DNA from: Patescibacteria group bacterium | GTDB lineage: Bacteria; Patescibacteriota; Microgenomatia; Daviesbacterales; UBA10151 | Assembly (NCBI GenBank): GCA_038064895.1 | Contig: JBBTSA010000014.1 | Location: 9,962 to 61,969, forward strand | Direction: 5' to 3' | Length of the DNA: 52,008 nt | Shown here: in pieces, positions 18,094 to 25,746 of the stretch | How the letters are laid out: each line of letters begins with the position of its first letter | How positions within the stretch are numbered: position 1 is the first letter of the stretch | The notes under the pieces: model-generated | What the model was told of the DNA's origin: nothing | The model's database searches: none | Seen by the model: the letters and a program-made list of their open reading frames with translations, nothing else | Made by a program: the position numbers and the translations under genes

Positions 18094-19936
18094 TTATTTC
18101 TTTCTTCCCTACAATTTTTTCAAATTCTTCAGTATCCAAAGTCTCTTTTTCCAAAAGTGCTTTGGCCACTTTATCAAGCTTTAATTTTTGTTCTTTAAGA
18201 ATTTTTTGTGCTTTTGCATAACAGGAATCTATTGTCTTTTTGATTTCTTTATCAATCTTTGATTGTAAAGACTGCGAAACCTGTCCGCCTTCTTCAGGCA
18301 TTCTTGACCAAAGTCCAAACATAGGATGGGGCTTAATATTAAGAGGACCAAGATCAGACATACCATATTCAGTTACCATGTCTCTTGCAATAGATGTTGC
18401 AATTTCGAAATCATTTGCAGCTCCTGTTGAAATATCCTTAAGCACCATTTCTTCCGCTGCTCTTCCTCCTAAAGCCGTAATTATTTGTTCCAAAAGACGA
18501 GATTTAGTCTCATTAGACCTATCTTCTGTCGGTGGAAACATTGTGTGTCCTCCGGACATCCCCCGTGCAACAATTGAAATTCTGTGAACCGGATCAACAT
18601 TTGGCAGGCTGTGTCCGACAACTGCATGTCCTGCTTCATGGTAAGCTGCAATTTTTCTATCTTTTTCAGTTTGCATTCTTTTTCGCTGAGGCCCGAGTTT
18701 AACTTTGGTTGCTGCTTCTTCCAAAGCTTGAGGGTCTATGGCGGTTTTGGCTTCTCTTGCTGCCAAAATAGCTGCCTCATTTAACATATTTGCCAAATCC
18801 GCACCGGAAAATCCTACAGTCCTCCTTGCAAACCTTTCCACATTAACCTCCTTTGTAAAAGGTTTACCCTTCATATGAAGCTCAATAATTGCTTTTCTCT
18901 CTTCCAAGTCAGGCATGCTCATCACAACCCTTCTGTCAAATCTGCCGGGACGCACCAGGGCCGGATCCAAAAGATCCGGCCGATTCGAAGCCCCAAGCAC
19001 TACTACTTGCTCATTAGGGTTAAAACCATCCATCTCAACCAGTATTTGATTTAGGGTCTGCTCTCTTTCATCATGGCCTCCTGTAAAACCAAATCCTCTC
19101 ATCCTGCCAATTGATTCAATCTCATCAATAAATATTATTGATGGAGCAGACTTCTTTGCTTGGGCAAACATATCTCTCACGCGACTAGCACCCACACCTA
19201 CGAGCATTTCCATGAATTCAGAACCTGCTATAGAGTAAAATGGTACTTTGGCTTCTCCTGCTATGGCTCTTGAAATAAGCGTTTTTCCACACCCGGGTGG
19301 ACCCACAAGTAGAACTCCTTTTGGTGTTCTTGCTCCAATTTCTTTATATTTTTGTGGGCTTTTTAGAAAATCTACAATTTCCTCAAGTTCCTTTTTAGCC
19401 TCATCAGCTCCTGCTACATCTGAAAATTTAATTTGTGGCTGATCTTTAGTAAAAAGTCTAGCTTTAGACTGGGCAAAAGAAAAAATTCCCTGCCCTGCTT
19501 CCCTTGCATTTCTAAAAAGTAGGAACATTAAACCCACCAAAAGAAGAATTGGTAGAATAGCTGATAAAACTCCCAGCCAAGCTTGTTGCAGGGAGAGATC
19601 TTTAACCTCAATTGTGACATTTTTTGGATCTACGCCTGAGGATTCTAAAATCTTATATATTGATTCGCCTGATTCTTTCCTTGACGCAAGTTTTTCATCA
19701 GAATCTTTTATTTCTGCCACTAACTTATCACCCTCCAAGGTAATCTTGCCTACCCTCCCATCCTTAATCCCGCTTATAACTTGAGATATGGGAACCTCAT
19801 TACCTGAAGTTGGAGAACCGGATACTTGATAGAAAAATATGAGGGCTGTGAAAGCAATCAAAGCATATATCAAAAGCCCTTTTAAAAAGCCAAAAACAGG
19901 TTTGCTTAATTTAAATCTTTTCCTTCCGTTTGCCAT
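18077..19936 (-). CDS. ftsH: ATP-dependent zinc metalloprotease FtsH
   Basis: 619 aa. Two N-terminal TM segments, Walker A GPPGCGKT, Walker [12 protein letters not shown] region, zinc motif HEAGHA. Confidence 0.95.
   Translation of the reverse strand: MANGRKRFKLSKPVFGFLKGLLIYALIAFTALIFFYQVSGSPTSGNEVPISQVISGIKDGRVGKITLEGDKLVAEIKDSDEKLASRKESGESIYKILESSGVDPKNVTIEVKDLSLQQAWLGVLSAILPILLLVGLMFLLFRNAREAGQGIFSFAQSKARLFTKDQPQIKFSDVAGADEAKKELEEIVDFLKSPQKYKEIGARTPKGVLLVGPPGCGKTLISRAIAGEAKVPFYSIAGSEFMEMLVGVGASRVRDMFAQAKKSAPSIIFIDEIESIGRMRGFGFTGGHDEREQTLNQILVEMDGFNPNEQVVVLGASNRPDLLDPALVRPGRFDRRVVMSMPDLEERKAIIELHMKGKPFTKEVNVERFARRTVGFSGADLANMLNEAAILAAREAKTAIDPQALEEAATKVKLGPQRKRMQTEKDRKIAAYHEAGHAVVGHSLPNVDPVHRISIVARGMSGGHTMFPPTEDRSNETKSRLLEQIITALGGRAAEEMVLKDISTGAANDFEIATSIARDMVTEYGMSDLGPLNIKPHPMFGLWSRMPEEGGQVSQSLQSKIDKEIKKTIDSCYAKAQKILKEQKLKLDKVAKALLEKETLDTEEFEKIVGKKEINAGSS
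18095..18128. repeat. direct repeat, proximal copy (authentic ftsH 3' coding end)
   Basis: tatttctttcttccctacaattttttcaaattc pairs with 16027-16057. Confidence 0.6.
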
Positions 19937-19959
19937 ACATTCGACTCCTTTCTAGTTTA

Positions 19960-20034
19960 CCCTGAGCCAGTCGTACTTCGATTCCACTCAGTACGATCCT
20001 GAGTGTTAATCGAATGGGTCGAAGGGCTCAGTAC
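19960..20034. repeat. nested GC-rich palindromic elements (family B outer, second palindrome inside) in the ftsH leader
   Basis: ccctgagccagtcg[tacTTCGATTCCACTCAGtacgatCCTGAGTGTTAATCGAAtg]ggtcgaagggctcagtac, located 24 nt upstream of the ftsH ATG. Confidence 0.75.
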
Positions 20035-20114
20035 TAGTTGGAGGAATTTTAACACATTTAGCGGATCTTTGTCCCGGGAGGAACTTTGGAGGAAGGTTTT
20101 ATGGGATAAGGTTT

Positions 20115-20387
20115 TTAAGTATCTGTTGCAAGAAGCATTCCGTTTGACTCAAATCCCATCATCATCCTGGGTTCAAGATTGGTCACATAAACAAACTGTT
20201 TACCCACAAGCTGGGATGGCTTATACCATTTTCTGATTCCGGATAAGATTTGTCTCCTCCCTAATTCCCCAAAATCAACAATCTGTTTTATCAGCTTTTC
20301 TGATCCAGGAACCTCTTCTGCCTCTAAAACAGTTCCTACAACCAACTCAACCTTGGAGAATTCGTCAAAATTAATCATAGTAATCAA
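20115..20387 (-). CDS. tRNA-binding domain protein (Trbp111/CsaA-like), ends at an in-frame TAA
   Basis: 90 aa. FSKVELVVGTVLEAEEVPGSEKLIKQIVDFG...GMLLATDT. The frame continues after the TAA for 18 codons (KPYPIKPSSKVPPGTKIR), which look like the missing C-terminus. Confidence 0.75.
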   Translation of the reverse strand: MITMINFDEFSKVELVVGTVLEAEEVPGSEKLIKQIVDFGELGRRQILSGIRKWYKPSQLVGKQFVYVTNLEPRMMMGFESNGMLLATDT

Positions 20388-21435
20388 TCTTCATTGCTTT
20401 TTTAACAGCATCCAGGGTTTTTTGAGCTTCTTTTCTGGCTTTTTCAGTACCTTCCTTCAAAATCCTATCCACAAGTTCTGGCTGTTTTTCAAATTCTGCC
20501 CTTCTTTTCCTGATGGGATCCAAAAAATTATTTAAAACTTTAACCAGGTACTTTTTTACCTCAATATCACCTACTTGACCTTTCCTATATCGCTCTTTCA
20601 GACTTTGCACTTCACCCTTATCACTTTGCACTGAAAATGCATCCAAATAGATAAACACCGGATTACCTTCTACAGTTCCAGGATCAGTTGGATGAATCCT
20701 TTTGGGGTCTGTATACATACTCATGACCTTTTTCTCTACAACTTCTGCAGAATCTGTTAGGAAAATTGCATTATTTAAGGATTTTCCCATTTTAGCCTGC
20801 CCATCAGTCCCAGAAAGAGTTGGCACATCTCCTATTAAAGGCTCCGGCAAAGGAAAGACTTCGCCATACAGTTTATTAAATTTTTCAGCCAAATCTCTGG
20901 CCAGTTCTACATGAGCCTTCTGGTCTTTACCAACAGGTACTAAATTGGCTTTAGGAAGCAGAATATCTGCTGCCATCAAAACCGGATATTCATATAGCGC
21001 AAGGGTGTCCTGCTCACCCTGATCAAGTTTCTCTTTAAGAGCTGGTTGTCGCTCCAGTACTGGTCTGAAGGTTAGAGTGGCCAGGATATATGCCAGCTCC
21101 ATTTTTTCCAGCTCTTTTGATTGTAAAATAAAAGTTACCTTATTAGGATCAAGTCCTACAGACAAATATCCCAGCATAAGGCCTCTTATATTCTTTTCCA
21201 AATCCGCAGTCTTCTCATAATGGGTAGTTAAGGCATGCAAATCAGCCACCAAAATATATGTTTCATATTCATCCTGCAATTTGACACGATTGGCCAAAGA
21301 ACCCACATAGTTCCCTAAATGAAAACTATCATATGTCGGCCTGTCCCCTGTGAGAATGCGTTTTTTAGCATTCTCACCCTGAGCTTGCTTGCGGTGAGCC
21401 TGTCGAATCCGTTGAAGGGTTAATATGCTTTTCAT
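20371..21435 (-). CDS. trpS: tryptophan--tRNA ligase
   Basis: 354 aa. HLGNY (HIGH-type) and KMGKS (KMSKS) motifs. The first about 20 codons are repeat-element sequence. Confidence 0.9.
   Translation of the reverse strand: MKSILTLQRIRQAHRKQAQGENAKKRILTGDRPTYDSFHLGNYVGSLANRVKLQDEYETYILVADLHALTTHYEKTADLEKNIRGLMLGYLSVGLDPNKVTFILQSKELEKMELAYILATLTFRPVLERQPALKEKLDQGEQDTLALYEYPVLMAADILLPKANLVPVGKDQKAHVELARDLAEKFNKLYGEVFPLPEPLIGDVPTLSGTDGQAKMGKSLNNAIFLTDSAEVVEKKVMSMYTDPKRIHPTDPGTVEGNPVFIYLDAFSVQSDKGEVQSLKERYRKGQVGDIEVKKYLVKVLNNFLDPIRKRRAEFEKQPELVDRILKEGTEKARKEAQKTLDAVKKAMKIDYYD
21375..21420. repeat. GC-rich element (family-B-like) inside the 5' end of trpS
   Basis: caccctgagcttgcttgcggtgagcctgtcgaatccgttgaagggt, translated LTLQRIRQAHRKQAQGE. 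Confidence 0.7.
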
Positions 21436-21512
21436 AGTTTTAATTATACCCTAAACTTCAGCTCCAGAATAATAAAAAGGGTGCGAAACCAGTTTTACAT
21501 TTAAAAAAGATT

Positions 21513-21854
21513 TTAGTGAGGGAACATCCAGGCATTTGGAGGCATAGACCGTCCTGTTGGCAAATTTCTGTCTGGTCTGTACCTCATTTCTGCTTCCTCC
21601 TGCATACCTAGAAAATGTAATCCTTTATCTACTCCTCCCCTTAAAAGAACACTCCATCTTACTATATAATGTTCTCCTCTAGGAAATCTTCTAATAATTG
21701 ATACTGGCTCCCTATTTTTTGCCAGTGCCATTGGTTCCTCTATGACCACCACAAATATTTCTTCCGGCTTATCTACAGGAGCAACAGCTAAAGTAGTTCC
21801 GCGAAAATCTTCTGGATCTATCTCTGCTCGTGCTATTGTTAATGCTTCATGCAT
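21513..21854 (-). CDS. hypothetical protein
   Basis: 113-aa ORF with no motif recognised. Confidence 0.5.
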   Translation of the reverse strand: MHEALTIARAEIDPEDFRGTTLAVAPVDKPEEIFVVVIEEPMALAKNREPVSIIRRFPRGEHYIVRWSVLLRGGVDKGLHFLGMQEEAEMRYRPDRNLPTGRSMPPNAWMFPH

Positions 21855-21932
21855 ATTTCCCTTTTAAAAAATCAAAAACAACCCTTTTCGGGCTGCTCAT
21901 ACTTAAAATATTCTAATAGACAATAGTTTTTG

Positions 21933-22685
21933 TCAAGAGGGCAGTTTTCGAGGTTGGGTACCATCATATTCTATTTCCTCCTCAGCAATTCTTCTGAATG
22001 GTTTTTCCCTGACCCATTCTTCAAAAATATGAGCAACCAATCCTGCTACCCTACCTATTAAAAAGAATCCTTTTCCTAACCTGTAATCAAATCCCATATC
22101 AGACACAACAGCTGCTATTGCCCCGTCAACATTAATCACTATTTTTTTACCTTTTAATTCTTCTAACTTAGCTTCCACAGCTTTTGCCAGATCACAAGCC
22201 TCCCCATAAAAACCAAGTTCCTTTGCTTTATTAAAAATTTGGGTTGCTCTGGGATCTTCCGTCTTATAAACTTTGTGACCAAAACCCGGGATTCTGTCCC
22301 CTGAAGAAATAACTTTATCAACCAATTTTTCTGCAGAAAGACCCATCTGAAGAAGCCTGGCACATTCCTCAATGGCCCCACCATGAGCTTCCCCTACTCC
22401 TAAAACTCCTGCAGCCACAGCAGCCTGCATAGGATTGCCGGCTGATGCTGAATTTCTGGCATTTGTCACAGATGGAGGACCTAAACCATTATCTATAGTG
22501 GAAATTAAAATCCCATCCAGCATGGCTCTTTCTTTTTCCGTAGGTAATTCACCCTTTAACTCAAGCCATATAGCTTCTGTGAAGCCCTTTTTATCAATTA
22601 AATCCGTGATTTTATACCCATGTATCACAGTTTCCCCATCAACAATGCCTGCAATAGCTGTCTTCCACTTTTTATCCATGCTCAT
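21933..22685 (-). CDS. citrate-synthase-family short protein, citryl-CoA lyase-like
   Basis: 250 aa. Citrate synthase catalytic motifs PGFGHKVYKTEDPR and RVAGLVAHIFEE, but the N-terminal about 120 aa of true citrate synthases are missing. Size matches Ccl of Hydrogenobacter. Confidence 0.7.
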   Translation of the reverse strand: MSMDKKWKTAIAGIVDGETVIHGYKITDLIDKKGFTEAIWLELKGELPTEKERAMLDGILISTIDNGLGPPSVTNARNSASAGNPMQAAVAAGVLGVGEAHGGAIEECARLLQMGLSAEKLVDKVISSGDRIPGFGHKVYKTEDPRATQIFNKAKELGFYGEACDLAKAVEAKLEELKGKKIVINVDGAIAAVVSDMGFDYRLGKGFFLIGRVAGLVAHIFEEWVREKPFRRIAEEEIEYDGTQPRKLPS

Positions 22686-22737
22686 ATTCTAATATGTATC
22701 CCTTGAATTAGCAAAACCTAAAAGTTAAACTGATGAC

Positions 22738-23385
22738 ATGGAAACTCTAACTCAACCAGAAGATCCACAAGTATCTTGGGAGACACAAAAAGATCATTTA
22801 ATTAAACTTAAATTCCATGAATATCTTAATATGACAGAGGAGGAATACCGAGCCTCACTCCCAGATTACCAACCGCAACCAGAACAATTTAAAGGAAGAT
22901 TCAATAAACCTATCCTAGTAGATCCTCGCTTGCGTTTACTAATTCAGTTCATCAGATACCAAGTTGGGGGATATGCTACAGCAATTCGAAAAGATACGGC
23001 TAAGACAAAACGCCTTGAGGAGCTTAATCCAATCCAGCATCAGCCATATCAAATTTGGGTAGATGAAGGCCTAAAATTACAAGGTTTGAGTGAAGATGAT
23101 GCCATTAAAAATTTCGCAGATGATGAGCGAGGGTTAAATATAATCGAGGGATTGGCACTAATAAGAGAAGATCACTCTCTCCTAAATGAACATACAGTTG
23201 ATCTATCGGGCTCTCGTGAAGTTATTAGACTTCCAAGCGGTGGGACTATAGAGAATGCTCCCCGTTTTCATAAGAAACCCACCTTGCACCACTCGAATTA
23301 TCAGCTAACTCTACATATGGTTAGCCCCCGTTTTGCTGCGGCAAAATCTATCTTCCCTACTTGTGGGGTTCCAAAAGTTACTTAA
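22738..23385 (+). CDS. hypothetical protein
   Basis: 215-aa ORF on the opposite strand between the lyase-like and CoA-ligase-like genes. No motif recognised. Confidence 0.5.
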   Translation: METLTQPEDPQVSWETQKDHLIKLKFHEYLNMTEEEYRASLPDYQPQPEQFKGRFNKPILVDPRLRLLIQFIRYQVGGYATAIRKDTAKTKRLEELNPIQHQPYQIWVDEGLKLQGLSEDDAIKNFADDERGLNIIEGLALIREDHSLLNEHTVDLSGSREVIRLPSGGTIENAPRFHKKPTLHHSNYQLTLHMVSPRFAAAKSIFPTCGVPKVT

Positions 23386-24350
23386 CTAAGTAGATTAGGG
23401 ATCTCATCAGGAGTTTTGGCAATAGTTACTCCGGCAGACTTCAAAGACTCTATTTTTGATTTATATGAGCCTTTGTCACCATAAACTATGGCTCCTGCGT
23501 GGCCCAACTTAGTTCCTTGTGGTAAGGACTCTGCAAATAAACCAGATATAAAAGCCACAACCTTCTTGGTAAACTTTAGTCCTGAGCGATCCGGCGATAG
23601 CCGGAGAGTCGAAGGATTTCCATTCCTAATCATCTCTGCTGCTTCTTCCTCATATGTCCCTCCTATTTCTCCAAAGATTACCACAGCAGTAGTCTGAGGA
23701 TCTTTTTCAAAGTCCTCCAGTAAATCTGCAAAGGTTGTTCCTTCCAGAATATCTCCACCTATCCCAATCACAGTAGACTGCCCTATTCCATTTTTAGTTA
23801 AAATCCAGGAAACTTCAGATGCCATTCCTCCTGATTTGGAAATTACCCCAACAGATCCTTTGGAAAATACTCCTCTTGGATCATCTCCTCCTATTTGTCC
23901 TACCTTCCCAATTCCCGGAGAAATAATACCCATTGAAGATGGTCCTACAACCCTGATCCTCACCTCGGAGGTGTGATTAGTTGCTCCTTGTTTCACCTCC
24001 GAGGTGTGACGAGCTAAAGCTATAGCCTTAGCAGTATCTGCAATTGGTACATGTTCAGTAAAAACATTTATAAGGGGAATTTGAGCCTTTATAGTCTCTT
24101 CCATGGCACCAAAAACTGCAAAGTTAGGAACAGAAATTAAAGAAGTATTAATTCCTGGATGATTCTCCAAAGCCTCAGCAATGGTGTTATAAACAGGAAC
24201 CCCATGAACCTCTTGTCCACCTTTTCCGGGAGTTACTCCAGCCAAGACTTTAGTGCCATAATTTTTCATCTGCAAAGTAACCTTCTGGCCTTCTTTACCA
24301 GTTATTCCCTGAACTAGTACTTTGGTGGTGTTGGTAACCAATATAGCCAC
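23382..24350 (-). CDS. succinyl/citryl-CoA synthetase alpha-type subunit (CoA-binding, phosphohistidine)
   Basis: 322 aa, GTG start with AGGAG 7 nt upstream. QGITGKEG, GVTPGKGG, GIGGD and GHAGAIV (catalytic His) motifs. Two in-frame repeat insertions. Confidence 0.85.
   Translation of the reverse strand: MAILVTNTTKVLVQGITGKEGQKVTLQMKNYGTKVLAGVTPGKGGQEVHGVPVYNTIAEALENHPGINTSLISVPNFAVFGAMEETIKAQIPLINVFTEHVPIADTAKAIALARHTSEVKQGATNHTSEVRIRVVGPSSMGIISPGIGKVGQIGGDDPRGVFSKGSVGVISKSGGMASEVSWILTKNGIGQSTVIGIGGDILEGTTFADLLEDFEKDPQTTAVVIFGEIGGTYEEEAAEMIRNGNPSTLRLSPDRSGLKFTKKVVAFISGLFAESLPQGTKLGHAGAIVYGDKGSYKSKIESLKSAGVTIAKTPDEIPNLLS
23581..23616. repeat. GC-rich mini-element family B (CCTGAGC...GTCGAAGG), in frame
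   Basis: cctgagcgatccggcgatagccggagagtcgaagga. 36 nt = 12 codons (PSTLRLSPDRSG). 33/36 identical to 25144-25179. Confidence 0.85.
23960..24009. repeat. inverted pair of 13-nt GC-rich palindromes, in frame
   Basis: tCACCTCGGAGGTGtga ... tCACCTCCGAGGTGtga, translated HTSEVKQGATNHTSEV. Confidence 0.8.
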
Positions 24351-24499
24351 TATATTTCTCCTTTCAAAGCAGCGAAGTCATGAGCATAAAAGCAATTAGA
24401 AAATTTTTGTGCAGATCTAATACAAAAATTTTCCCATAATGAGGCTAGAGAATTACTAAATGATTCAATATTTACTAGCCGAGTGGTGCTTTTTGCCAT
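24350..24499 (-). CDS. possible 49-aa ORF carried inside the intergenic MITE-like element
   Basis: ATG at 24499. Its stop TAG overlaps the GTG start of the downstream subunit gene (TAGTG). No homology recognised, so it may be fortuitous. Confidence 0.2.
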   Translation of the reverse strand: MAKSTTRLVNIESFSNSLASLWENFCIRSAQKFSNCFYAHDFAALKGEI

Positions 24500-24512
24500 G
24501 ACGAGCTGCTTT
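24366..24512. mobile_element. MITE-like element with about 27-nt imperfect terminal inverted repeats
   Basis: Left arm aaagcagcgaagtcatgagcataaaagca, right arm tgctttttgccatgacgagctgcttt (24 matching positions). Fills the gap between the two synthetase subunit genes. Confidence 0.6.
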
Positions 24513-24515
24513 CTA

Positions 24516-25721
24516 TTATTTTCCATATGCTAAATCTACCATGACCTTAGCTGTAGAGGTCATTGGTGTCTCCCTTCCAAAAATATGAAAATCAAATCCT
24601 TCTTTTTTTCCTATTACTTTTAACTCCTCAAAAGCTTTTTTATCATTTGGCCCACCCCTTCTTATCACAATTGGGTATTTTGGTTTAATTTCTCTTAAGG
24701 CCTCTACAAATCCCATTAAAGTTTCATAAATATCAGTAAAATTAGCTGTCCCCCCCACAAACCAACATCCTTTTAAACCGGGTTTACTTAAAACAATCTT
24801 GGTTAACTTTTCTAGTTTTTCCCTTGGAGGGTTACCAGAATGTTCTGTATAATTTGCAGGTTTTCCTCCATAAGCTATCAGAGCATCCATATTAACAATA
24901 GATCCCCCGCCTCCAGCAGCAATTACAGCTATATCTCCATCTAGATCCCAATAAACTGATCCAGCAGTTCCCCTGTGATCTCCTTGATCTATTTTTCTTG
25001 CCTCAATTTCAGCTTCAGTTGGAGGCCTGCCAAAAAGATTTCTTTCAGGAAACTCTACCCCGATTAAATCGGGGTTCTCTCTTCTTCTAAAAGTGGCATC
25101 ATCATCCAAAATTATCTTAGCGTCTAACGCAAGATAATTTTGCCCTGAGCGATCCGGCGAAAGCTGGAGAGTCGAAGGGCTACCTTTGCCCACAGCTAAG
25201 GGATTAATCTCAGCCAATTCACAATCATATTTTATAAATACTTCCCATAATTTTTTGACTGTTTCTACTAAATAACCTGGGAGGTTAATTAGGTTTGCAC
25301 CTAGGGGGTCCAACATATCAACAGGTTCAGTTTTTGTTTCCTTTTCCTCAGTTCCAGTTCCTCCCTCCCCAAAAGTCATTACTGGTCCTCTTGTTTCTGT
25401 AGAGTATGAGAATGAAAGATAGTATTCTTTATCTATATCAACAACTTCCTCAACAAGGATTTTTTCTACTTTTTCTCCATTTACAGTTTGCTTAAAAAGT
25501 TTTTCTACTTCCCCCTTAACGCTTCCCCCTTTACCCTTAACAACCACAATTCCCCCCCCTTCTGCTCTATTCCCAGATAAAACCTGAGCTTTTAGGACTA
25601 AAGGTGGCTTAATTATTACCCTTTGACTCTTTTGACTTTGTGACTCTAATAGCTGACTCTTGGGAACTAATATTCCACAGCTTTTAAAAAGCTTTTTCCC
25701 CTCAAATTCATAAAGAAGCAT
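24516..25721 (-). CDS. succinyl/citryl-CoA synthetase beta-type subunit (ATP-grasp)
   Basis: 401 aa. MLLYEFEGKKLF N-terminus (SucC-like), ATP-grasp region, C-terminal IAAGGGGSIVNMDAL..GGKPANY ligase-CoA motif. One in-frame repeat insertion. Confidence 0.8.
   Translation of the reverse strand: MLLYEFEGKKLFKSCGILVPKSQLLESQSQKSQRVIIKPPLVLKAQVLSGNRAEGGGIVVVKGKGGSVKGEVEKLFKQTVNGEKVEKILVEEVVDIDKEYYLSFSYSTETRGPVMTFGEGGTGTEEKETKTEPVDMLDPLGANLINLPGYLVETVKKLWEVFIKYDCELAEINPLAVGKGSPSTLQLSPDRSGQNYLALDAKIILDDDATFRRRENPDLIGVEFPERNLFGRPPTEAEIEARKIDQGDHRGTAGSVYWDLDGDIAVIAAGGGGSIVNMDALIAYGGKPANYTEHSGNPPREKLEKLTKIVLSKPGLKGCWFVGGTANFTDIYETLMGFVEALREIKPKYPIVIRRGGPNDKKAFEELKVIGKKEGFDFHIFGRETPMTSTAKVMVDLAYGK
25144..25179. 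repeat. GC-rich mini-element family B, in frame
   Basis: cctgagcgatccggcgaaagctggagagtcgaaggg. 36 nt (PSTLQLSPDRSG). The internal ccggc-gaaa-gctgg can form a GAAA-capped stem. Confidence 0.85.
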
Positions 25722-25746
25722 AATTCTATGTTATTATACTCTCCTA

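Noticed and set aside
20003-20236. 77-aa ORF on the + strand.
   Set aside because: It is antisense to the Trbp111-like gene and runs through the palindromic elements. No motif was recognised.
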